This document shows positions 34,022 to 42,080 of a stretch of 64,000 nucleotides of DNA, in pieces. How positions within the stretch are numbered: the first letter of the stretch is position 1; each line of letters begins with the position of its first letter. Where the stretch lies: contig JBGATO010000004.1 in assembly GCA_044229145.1 (NCBI GenBank), positions 44,900 through 108,899 of the forward strand, in the 5' to 3' direction. A program made the position numbers and the translations under genes. The notes beneath the pieces are model-generated. The model worked only from the letters and a program-made list of their open reading frames with translations. It searched no databases and was not told where the DNA came from. This stretch comes from Candidatus Eiseniibacteriota bacterium (lineage in GTDB: Bacteria > Eisenbacteria > RBG-16-71-46 > CAZEPH01).

Positions 34022-35812
34022 TTGTCCCTGTCATTACGGGCGAGACTCTTCCTCACGCAGGCGCTGGTGGTCACCATTGCGCTCGGCGCGGCGATCCTCT
34101 ACGCGGCGCGCGAGGAGCGTTCATGGTTGCTGCGGCGCGACTCCGACATCCTGCTCCGGGTCGCCGGCACCGTGGAGCGGGAGTTGAGCGAAGATCCGGC
34201 GTGGCAGCGGAGCGGATGGGAGCGGGCGGCCCAATCGCTCGGCCGCCGGGTCGGCTACCGCGTGACGCTGTTCGACGGCACCGGCAGGGTACTCGGCGAC
34301 ACCGACAGTTCCACCGCCGCGCCGTCGACGCCGTCGCTGGCCGCCGGCCCGGAGGTGCGCGTCGCGCTGCGGGGCGAGGTCGGCCGCAGCCTCAATGGCG
34401 GCGTCGCCAAGGGCGCGTACCTCTCGGTGGCGGTGCCGGTGCGGCATGCCGGCACGGTGCGCGTCGTCCGGCTCGCCGAGCCGCTGGCCGAAATCCGCGA
34501 ACGCAACGCATCGCTGTTCACGCTGTGGGCGCTTACCGGCATCCTGTCGCTCGCCGTCACCCTCGCCGCGACGTACTGGCTCACCGCGCGCCACGTCATG
34601 CGTCTCGAAGGACTCGGCCGCGTGGCGCGCGCCATCGGCCGCGGCGAGCTTGCCACCCGCGCTGCCGAGACACCTGCCGACGAGGTCGGCAGCGTCGCCA
34701 GCTCCCTCAACGTCATGGCGAGCCAGCTCCAAGCCCGCCTCGACGCGCTCGAACGTGCCCGGGACGAGCGCGAGCAGATCCTCGCGCACATGAACGACGG
34801 CGTGCTGCTGCTCGACGGCGCCGACCGCATCGTCCACGCCAATCTCGGCATGGCGACGATCTTCAACCTCCCGCTGACGCCCGAGACCGGCTCCCACCTC
34901 CACAAGGCGGTGCCGGTGCCGGAGTTGCTCCTCATGACGCGCCAGGCGCGCACGCTGGGCCACACCGTGGAGCGCGAGATGCAGCTCGATCTCCAGGGCG
35001 AGGAACGCATTGTTCACGCAATCGTTACGCCGCTCGACACCGCGCAAGCTATGGTTGTCGTGCACGATCTGACGGAGTCCGAACGCCTCAATCGTGTGCG
35101 GCGCGATTTCGTGGCGAACGTCTCCCACGAACTCCGCACTCCTCTCACGTCGATCCGCGGCTACGCGGAGACGTTGCTCGACGGCGCGCTCGACGAAGCC
35201 GAGCATCGCCAGCGGTTCGTCGGCATCATCCACGAGCAAACGTTGCGGCTGCAGCGGCTCGCGGACGACCTCCTGACCCTGAGTGACCTCGAGCGGCCCG
35301 AACTGCGTCTCAGCCTCGGCCCGACCGACGTCCGCGAGGTGGTCACGCGCCTGGTGCATGGCTTCCAGGAGCGCGCGGCGCGTCAGGGGCTCGATCTGAC
35401 GCTCGAAGCGCCGGATCCGCAACCTCTGGTGGCCGATGCGCAGCGGGTCGAACAGGTCATCGCCAATCTCATCGACAACGCCTTGAAGTACACGGAGAAG
35501 GGGCGGGTGCGGGTGCGGCTCCATGGCACGCCGGGCTCGGTGGTCTGCGAAGTGGCGGACAGCGGCGCCGGACTCTCCGAATCGGATCAAGCACGTATTT
35601 TCGAGCGCTTCTATCGCGTCGATAAGGCTAGGTCCCGTGCGATCGGCGGCACGGGGCTCGGTCTCAGCATCGTCAAGCACATCGCCGAACTGCACGGCGG
35701 CTCGATCGACGTGCAGAGCGTACTCGGACAGGGGAGTACCTTCCGGGTGACGTTGCCCCGCGATCCGCACGCGGGAGAGCGTTCCCGGTCACTCGCACCA
35801 ACCGGAGGGTAG
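34022..35812 (+). CDS. phoR: PhoR-like sensor histidine kinase (TM-HAMP-PAS-HisKA-HATPase)
   Basis: RRDFVANVSHELRTPLTSIRGY, NLIDNALKY, FERFYRVDKARSR, GGTGLGLSIVKH; pst context. Confidence 0.88.
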   Translation: MSLSLRARLFLTQALVVTIALGAAILYAAREERSWLLRRDSDILLRVAGTVERELSEDPAWQRSGWERAAQSLGRRVGYRVTLFDGTGRVLGDTDSSTAAPSTPSLAAGPEVRVALRGEVGRSLNGGVAKGAYLSVAVPVRHAGTVRVVRLAEPLAEIRERNASLFTLWALTGILSLAVTLAATYWLTARHVMRLEGLGRVARAIGRGELATRAAETPADEVGSVASSLNVMASQLQARLDALERARDEREQILAHMNDGVLLLDGADRIVHANLGMATIFNLPLTPETGSHLHKAVPVPELLLMTRQARTLGHTVEREMQLDLQGEERIVHAIVTPLDTAQAMVVVHDLTESERLNRVRRDFVANVSHELRTPLTSIRGYAETLLDGALDEAEHRQRFVGIIHEQTLRLQRLADDLLTLSDLERPELRLSLGPTDVREVVTRLVHGFQERAARQGLDLTLEAPDPQPLVADAQRVEQVIANLIDNALKYTEKGRVRVRLHGTPGSVVCEVADSGAGLSESDQARIFERFYRVDKARSRAIGGTGLGLSIVKHIAELHGGSIDVQSVLGQGSTFRVTLPRDPHAGERSRSLAPTGG

Positions 35813-35820
35813 GCGGCAGC

Positions 35821-36504
35821 GTGAGCCAGTTGATTCTGGTCGTCGAAGACGATGCGGAGATCCGCGAACTGGTGAAGTTCAATCTGGAGCGCGACGGCTT
35901 CCGTGTCGCCGCCGTGGAAGGCGGGGACGATGCGCTCGATCGCGTGAAGGCGGCGCGTCCCGATCTCGTGATCCTGGACATCATGCTGCCCGGCCGCAGC
36001 GGATTGGAAGTCCTGCAGGACCTCCGGCGCTCGCCGCAGACGCGGGATCTCCCGGTGGTGCTGCTCACCGCCCGGGCGTCCGAGGTCGACAAGCTCGTCG
36101 GGTTCGAATTCGGGGCCGACGACTACGTCACCAAGCCGTTCAGCCCGAAGGAACTCCTGGCCCGCGTGCGCGCCATGCTCCGCCGCGCGGCGCCGCCGGA
36201 CGCGGCGGCCTCGACGCTGACGGTCGCCGGGCTCAGCATCGACTTCAACACGATGTCGATGACGCTGGACGGCCAGACCCTGACCTTCACGCGACGCGAG
36301 TTCGAACTGCTCGCCTTCCTGGCGCGCGATCCCGGCCGCGTGGTGACCCGCGAGGAGTTGCTGCGCAAGGTCTGGGGGTACGAGTTCATCGGCGAGACGC
36401 GAACCGTGGACGTGCACGTGCGCCGCGTGCGGGCCAAGCTGGGCGAACGCGCGTCGTTGATCGAGACGGTGACCGGCGTCGGCTACAAGTTCGCCGAGGC
36501 GTGA
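35821..36504 (+). CDS. phoB: PhoB/PhoP-type response regulator (copy 1)
   Basis: LVVEDD, LDIMLP, GADDYVTKPF, TRTVDVHVRRVRAKL, GVGYKF. Confidence 0.88.
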   Translation: MSQLILVVEDDAEIRELVKFNLERDGFRVAAVEGGDDALDRVKAARPDLVILDIMLPGRSGLEVLQDLRRSPQTRDLPVVLLTARASEVDKLVGFEFGADDYVTKPFSPKELLARVRAMLRRAAPPDAAASTLTVAGLSIDFNTMSMTLDGQTLTFTRREFELLAFLARDPGRVVTREELLRKVWGYEFIGETRTVDVHVRRVRAKLGERASLIETVTGVGYKFAEA

Positions 36505-36510
36505 GGGTCG

Positions 36511-36538
36511 CCGGCGCGGAACGATCCTTCCGCGCCGG
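36511..36538 (+). terminator. Stem-loop after phoB copy 1
   Basis: Perfect 11-bp stem CCGGCGCGGAA/TTCCGCGCCGG; no U tract. Confidence 0.45.
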
Positions 36539-36696
36539 GCAGGATCGGCGGTGCGGACCGCGCGGCGCCGCCGTGCGTGTGTCCGCGCGGACACCTCTGG
36601 CACACGCGGCCTAACTGCCGGAGGCGGTGCGATCTAGCACCGTTCCGACGTGCCGCCGGGCGGCTACCGATCGGCTGATGACGTGGCGCATCGAGC

Positions 36697-36711
36697 TGGC
36701 ACACCCGTTGC
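36697..36711 (+). promoter_or_regulatory. Sigma54 (-24/-12) promoter
   Basis: TGGCAC-ACCCG-TTGC matches the TGGCAC-N5-TTGC consensus, about 200 bp upstream of the small ORF. Confidence 0.7.
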
Positions 36712-36914
36712 CCTGAACCGCCCTGCCATCGGGAGGCGCAGGGCCCAGCGTCCGCAGGACTCCGCGCACAACCGATCCCCCTTCTCCGTTGGCTGGTTCA
36801 TCCCCCTGTTCGCCTTGCATCTCCCAGGCAGCCGCGCCCTGCGGCGATCGACGTCCTCAGCCTGACTCTGTGCGCCTGTGGCCGCGCGCACCGAGAGCGT
36901 AAGGAGATGCAGTC

Positions 36915-37244
36915 ATGGCGCAATTTCGAGTCGTCCCGCCGCGTGCCCGGGGATGTGCAGGACGTGCCACACCCGTGTGGCCGGTCACCCTCGGTGCGTG
37001 GGCCGTCTTGGTGTGCGGCGCGACGCCCAGCGCGGCGTCCCGCCGGCCGCCGCAACATGTGACGCCCATCGTCGAACCCGGATTTGGCGTGCCCGACGAA
37101 CCGGATGGACCGAACCCCGGCAACCAGATGAAGTCGCTGACACGCACCGTCGGCACGACGGTGGTTCGCACGGTGCCCGCATCCTCGCCATCGCGCATCG
37201 CTCGCCTGCTCGCATTCCTGAAGGCGCGTTGGATCGGGAGGTAA
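36915..37244 (+). CDS. Small putative secreted pre-peptide (109 aa)
   Basis: TAAGGAG RBS; basic then hydrophobic N-terminus; acidic core GVPDEPDG; basic amphipathic C-terminus RIARLLAFLKARWIGR; stop is 3 bp before the next ATG. Confidence 0.68.
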   Translation: MAQFRVVPPRARGCAGRATPVWPVTLGAWAVLVCGATPSAASRRPPQHVTPIVEPGFGVPDEPDGPNPGNQMKSLTRTVGTTVVRTVPASSPSRIARLLAFLKARWIGR

Positions 37245-37247
37245 GTC

Positions 37248-39635
37248 ATGACCGTTGCGCACGAAGCGCCCCGTCCGCGCGACTTGCGTGAGGCGGTGCG
37301 GCAGGCGCTGCATCTCGAGGAATTGGAGCGCTGGCACGACCTCGCGCAATTGGCGGGGGCGGTGCTCGCGGAGGCTCCCCCGGGCCACGAGCGCGATCGC
37401 GTCACCCTGTGCATCGCGGCGGCGCGCGCGCGGGCCAAGTGCGGCTACGTCGACGACGCGGCCGAGAGTCTGCGCGCGGTGCGTCCCGCGCTTGGCGCGC
37501 TGCGCGACGACGATCTCGCCGCCGAATGGCACAGCGCGATGTCGGCCGTGCTCTACCGCCAGGGTGACATGCACGGCGCGGCGAGCGAGGCCGACGACTG
37601 CCTGCGGCTCGCGCACGGCGGCCGCCGTTCGGCGTACTTGCGCGGCGTCGCGTGCCAAACGCTTGCGCTGGTGGCGCGGCATGGCGGGGACTGGGCGGCG
37701 GCGCGCCGTCTCCTCCACAAGGCGGTCGACACCTTCGGCCAGTGCGGCGCGGAGACCCGCGAGGCCCGCGCGCAGATGAACCTCTGCTCGGTGCTGGTGT
37801 GGGCGGGCGAGTGGGACGAATTCGAAATCGTGGTTCGCGATGTGTTGGCGGCGGCGCGGCGGCTCGACGCGCCGCGGCTCGCCAAGCAAGCGTGGGTGCA
37901 AATGGCGATGGTGGCGCGCGGCCGCGGACAGAGCGAACGCGCGCGCGAGTGCCTCGACCGCGCGCGGCAGGTGCGGGCTGAAGGTCTCGACCCGCGTGAG
38001 GCGGCGTTGGCGCGAGAGGTCGAGGGCGATCTCTGCGCGGACGCCGGCGCGTTCGCCGAGGCCTTCGCCGCGTACGACGACGTGGTGACACAGGGACGGG
38101 CGCTCGGGCTCGGACGCGACATCGTGTTCGAGGGACTGCGCAAGCGCGCCGAGGCGGCGTGGGCGCTCGGGGACATCGACCGCGCGGCCAGCGATGCCGA
38201 GGTGGCGCTCGCCGAAGCGCGCGCGCACGCGTCGGCGCTGGAGATCGGGGCGTCGCTGCGTGTCCTCGCGCTGGTGGCGGCGTCGCGGGGGGACGAACCG
38301 GGAGCGCGCGTGTTGGCACGCGAAGCCGTAGAGACCCTCGCCCGGGTGCGCGAGCGCTTCGAACGCGCGCGTGCCTTGATCGCACTTGCCGAACATCTCG
38401 CGGATCCGGCGGCAGCGCGTGCCGAGGCGGCGACTCTCGCCCGCACGCTCGCGGCGCGTGGCCTGCTCGCCGCGCTCCGGACCGGCGATCTCCCCACACC
38501 GCGCGGGACAGTGGTGGCTGAGCCTCGGCTGGCGGCGTCGCATGCGGCGACCGTCACTCTCGCCCCGCCGTCCATCTCGTCCCCCGAGATGCCGCGCGAC
38601 GGGGAATCGCCGGACCGCGGGGCTCTTGCCTTGCCGGCGCCGCCGCTGCCGTTGCCCGCATGCCACGTGCGCGATGCCTGCGTGCGGCACGACATGGCGC
38701 GCGTGTTGGCGCACGGCGGCGACGCCCTGCTCGAAGGCGAGCCGGGGACAGAGTTGGTGGCGATCGCCGCCGAACTGCATCGACGCAGCGCGCGCCGCGG
38801 GGCGTGCGTGATCGTCGACCTGCGCGCGACCGCGCCGGACCGGCACGCGGCCGTGTTGTTCGGCGCGGACGGTGAGGCCGGCGCGTGCGAGTGCGCGGCG
38901 GGCGGGACGCTCGTGCTGCGGGATCTCGTGGCGCTCGCGCCCGCGACGCAGGCGGCGCTGGCGCACGCGCTGCGCACGCGCCGGGTGCGGCCGCACGGCG
39001 GTGCGGGGGAGTGCGCGATCGACGTCACGGTGTACGCGACGGCGCCGCTGCGACTGCCGGTGGCGCTCGCGGAGTCGGTGCTTGCCCGGGAACTGGCGGC
39101 GGTCTTCCAGTACAACCGGTTGCACGTGCCGGCGCTGCGGCATCGTCCCGACGACCTCGCGGAGACTCTCGACCGCCTGTGGCAGGGGGCGTGCGCGCGC
39201 CATGGCGTGCGGGCGTCCTTCACCGCCGCGGCACGCACGGCGCTCCTGCACGCACCGTGGGAGGGCAACGCCGACGAGATGGCGCGCGCGCTCGACGACC
39301 TCGCGCGCACCGTGGCGCCCGACGCGGCGGTGCGGGTGGCCGACCTCGACAGCCGCCTCGCGGCGTGCGCGCTGCGTCCGCCGGTCGGCGGTCTCGCCCA
39401 GCAGGAGCACGAATTCCTGGTCGAACGCGTGCTCTCGTACCTGCGGGCGGCGCGCTTCAACTACGCCCAGGCGGCGCGGCTCGCCGGTTACACGCGGAGC
39501 GGCTTCCTCAAGCTCGTCGTGCGCCTCGGCCTCAAGGACGAAGGCGCCGAGGGCGTGCCGGCGACCGAGCCCGACACCGCGCGTACCACCCTGCGCGCCG
39601 TGTCGCCGCCGGTGCAAGGACTCGCGGCGATGTAA
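37248..39635 (+). CDS. TPR-repeat + degenerate sigma54-interaction AAA+ + Fis-type HTH regulator
   Basis: GGGAGG RBS; about 430 aa of Ala/Leu helical TPR-like repeats; LLEGEPGT, AAGGTLVLRD, LHVPALRHRPDD, APWEGN; C-terminal NYAQAARLAGYTRSGFLKL. Confidence 0.82.
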   Translation: MTVAHEAPRPRDLREAVRQALHLEELERWHDLAQLAGAVLAEAPPGHERDRVTLCIAAARARAKCGYVDDAAESLRAVRPALGALRDDDLAAEWHSAMSAVLYRQGDMHGAASEADDCLRLAHGGRRSAYLRGVACQTLALVARHGGDWAAARRLLHKAVDTFGQCGAETREARAQMNLCSVLVWAGEWDEFEIVVRDVLAAARRLDAPRLAKQAWVQMAMVARGRGQSERARECLDRARQVRAEGLDPREAALAREVEGDLCADAGAFAEAFAAYDDVVTQGRALGLGRDIVFEGLRKRAEAAWALGDIDRAASDAEVALAEARAHASALEIGASLRVLALVAASRGDEPGARVLAREAVETLARVRERFERARALIALAEHLADPAAARAEAATLARTLAARGLLAALRTGDLPTPRGTVVAEPRLAASHAATVTLAPPSISSPEMPRDGESPDRGALALPAPPLPLPACHVRDACVRHDMARVLAHGGDALLEGEPGTELVAIAAELHRRSARRGACVIVDLRATAPDRHAAVLFGADGEAGACECAAGGTLVLRDLVALAPATQAALAHALRTRRVRPHGGAGECAIDVTVYATAPLRLPVALAESVLARELAAVFQYNRLHVPALRHRPDDLAETLDRLWQGACARHGVRASFTAAARTALLHAPWEGNADEMARALDDLARTVAPDAAVRVADLDSRLAACALRPPVGGLAQQEHEFLVERVLSYLRAARFNYAQAARLAGYTRSGFLKLVVRLGLKDEGAEGVPATEPDTARTTLRAVSPPVQGLAAM

Positions 39636-40123
39636 GCCGGTCCCGATCCGTCCACCCACGGACTGGCCCCAGACGGCCGTCACGACGTCCAGCGTGGCGG
39701 CCGTTCTGCGTGCGGTCAGCCGTCACGGCGCCGTGTCGTGAATTAACTGTCTCGCCATCGCCCCGGCATCACGACGCTGCGCGCCGTCGCCTACTGTCTC
39801 GCCGGGGTCAGCGGAAAACGTGCGGCGCGAAATCGCCGGCACCTCTGTCCGCCACGTCACACGCGATCGTGAAAGCACACCATCGTGCAAGTGGCGATCA
39901 TCGCATCGTGCGTTCCTCCGCATACCCCACGGCATCGTCCGCCGACTTTCCTGCCCTCGTCCGTCCGCTCGCGCTTCAGGACGACGACCTCGGTGGGCGG
40001 ACACCCAGCTTCCCCCTAGCCCCACATGGGCCGCCGGCGCGTTCTCCGCGACGCGGCACCGCCGCATGGCCCGGGCTGACCTTGCATCCGAGTGCTTCGC
40101 CACGCTCTCCACCGGAGGACTTC

Positions 40124-41896
40124 ATGAATCTGCGACGTACGATCGCACGGGCGACGTGGGCCGCGCGGCTGGTTGCCGCGTGCACGCTCGCCGCGCCGCT
40201 GCCCGCGTTCGCTCAACTCGTATTCGACGGCAACCTGATGTACAGCAACAATGGCAATAACGCCGACTCGCTCTCGAACCAGTTCAAGGGTTCGGCCGCA
40301 TCGACACTGTGCAGCGGTGTGACGCCGAAGACGCTCGGCACCGTGACGTACACGCACAACCGCTACGCCGACCCGTTGTTGCCGGACGCGCCCTACAAGG
40401 CGAACGTGCGTCCGAACTTCCAGCCGGCCGCTGGCAGCCCGGCGTTCCGCGCCGGCGGCGCCATCGTCATGCAGGTGCCGAACGACGGCTGGTTCACGCA
40501 GACGTGCTACAGCGGCGCCGTCGGGCCCGACCCGGGCGATGACTGGACGCAGGGCTGGACGTCCTTCGACTCGACGGGTGCGACCCGACAGGACCTCCAC
40601 CTCACCGGCATGCCGAACCCGCGTCCGCTGGCGATCTACGACAATGTCAGCCTCTACACCGCGCAGTTCTGGTCGCCGGACAGCAACTATCTGGTGCGCG
40701 GGCAGCTGCGCATCAAGTCGCTTGCCGATCTGACGATTCCGGCCGGCGTCGTGGTGTTCGAGGAGCGCGCCTCGCTGGGGACGATTCTCGTCGAGCGCGG
40801 CGGTCACATCACCGCGGTCGGCACCGCGTCCGCCCCGATCATCATCATCACCGACGACACGCCGGGCACCATGACACGCGGTGGCTGTGGCGGTCTGGTC
40901 ATCAACGGCTACGCGCGCACCAACGCCGCCAACACGTGCGCCGGCGACTCGGTGGCCAGCGAAGGCGGAGCGATCGGGTACTGGGGTGGCAACGACGACA
41001 CCTGGAACGCCTGCACGCTGCGCTACGTCCAGGTCGGCTTCTCGGGCAAGGAGATCACGCCGAACAACGAGCTCAATTCGTTCACGTTCAATGGCTGCGG
41101 TTCGGGATCGACCGGGGACTATCTGCAAGCTCTGAATGGCGCCGACGACTCGTTCGAGTGGTTCGGCGGCACGATGTCACAGAAGTACCTGATCGGCATC
41201 GACGGCACAGACGACGGGTACGACTGGCAGATGGGGACGCGGAATCGTGCGCAGTTCGTCATCTTGCGGCAGTCGCCGCTGTTCGCGCCGTCGGGCACGC
41301 AGAATGGCGACAAGGGGATCGAGTCGGACAACAACGAGAGCGACTTCAATACCGCCCTCTGTTCCGGCTACTCGAACACCACGCTCGCGAACTTCACCAT
41401 CATCGGGGACCACCGCGTCGGCGCCAGCTTCCCCGGCCCCACCGTCGCCTGGAATGCGCGCCGCGGCACCGCAGGCACGCTTCTCAACTCGATCGTCTAC
41501 AACATGAAGACCGGCTCGTGGAAGATCGACGACAACGCAACGATGGACCACCACTGCGCGGCCCCGCCCGCACTGCCCGCGGTCTACTGCTCGCCGAGCA
41601 TCACCGGGATCAGCGATCCGATCGCCGCGGGCAACCTACTCGTCGTCAACGGCGCGCCGAATCCGTTCCGCAACACGCTGAAGGTGTCCTTCACGGTGCC
41701 GCGCGCGGGCCACGTCACGGTGTCGGTGTACGCGCCTGACGGCCGCCAGGTCGGCGTGATCGCCGACGAGGAGATGTCGGCGGGGGCGCACAGCGTAACG
41801 TGGAGCGCCGGCGCGGAACTGCCGAGCGGCGTGTACTACTACACGGTGCGCGCGGGCCTTGCCCAGACGACCAAGAAAGTGACGCGCATCTACTAG
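40124..41896 (+). CDS. Secreted beta-helix-like protein of the TonB-receptor-associated, phosphate-starvation family, with FlgD/T9SS-like tail
   Basis: ATG after GGAGGA; signal peptide; GGNDD...LRYVQVGFSG, NELNSFT, DDSFEWFGGT, GIESDNN; C-terminal APNPF...GVYY. Confidence 0.82.
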   Translation: MNLRRTIARATWAARLVAACTLAAPLPAFAQLVFDGNLMYSNNGNNADSLSNQFKGSAASTLCSGVTPKTLGTVTYTHNRYADPLLPDAPYKANVRPNFQPAAGSPAFRAGGAIVMQVPNDGWFTQTCYSGAVGPDPGDDWTQGWTSFDSTGATRQDLHLTGMPNPRPLAIYDNVSLYTAQFWSPDSNYLVRGQLRIKSLADLTIPAGVVVFEERASLGTILVERGGHITAVGTASAPIIIITDDTPGTMTRGGCGGLVINGYARTNAANTCAGDSVASEGGAIGYWGGNDDTWNACTLRYVQVGFSGKEITPNNELNSFTFNGCGSGSTGDYLQALNGADDSFEWFGGTMSQKYLIGIDGTDDGYDWQMGTRNRAQFVILRQSPLFAPSGTQNGDKGIESDNNESDFNTALCSGYSNTTLANFTIIGDHRVGASFPGPTVAWNARRGTAGTLLNSIVYNMKTGSWKIDDNATMDHHCAAPPALPAVYCSPSITGISDPIAAGNLLVVNGAPNPFRNTLKVSFTVPRAGHVTVSVYAPDGRQVGVIADEEMSAGAHSVTWSAGAELPSGVYYYTVRAGLAQTTKKVTRIY

Positions 41897-41974
41897 CTGC
41901 GCGCGGTTCGCAATCACGCAACGGCTCGGTGGCGTCGCGCCGCCGGGCCGTTCGCGCGTTCAGGCTGAGGCGAA

Positions 41975-42029
41975 GTAACCGACCCGTCACGGACGCGTGA
42001 AGTCATGGCCACGCTGCACCGCCTAGCAT
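41975..42029 (+). promoter_or_regulatory. Pho-box-like array and -10 upstream of the TonB receptor
   Basis: GTAAC(41975), GTCAC(41986), GTGAA(41997), GCCAC(42008) at an exact 11-bp period; TAGCAT at 42024. Confidence 0.65.
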
Positions 42030-42080
42030 CCCGGCCGACGACACCCGAGTGACCGCCACCTGCACTTCGTTGAGCCGAGG

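Noticed and set aside
36579..36594. Perfect palindrome GTGTCCGCGCGGACAC as the enhancer for the sigma54 promoter
   Set aside because: Its position about 100-120 bp upstream is plausible, but it is a single GC-rich palindrome with no second instance to support it.
39640..40120. Pho box, riboswitch or ncRNA in the roughly 480-bp gap before the secreted protein
   Set aside because: There are isolated GTCAC words but no 11-bp-phased array, and no RNA family I can recognise. An Rfam/Infernal scan would be needed.
38885..40123. N-terminal 413 aa of the 1003-aa ORF (likewise the extensions of 10437-12293, 17340-19067 and 24766-27126)
   Set aside because: These are Arg/Ala-rich read-through sequence overlapping other genes. 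Real starts with RBS or gene-overlap support lie downstream.
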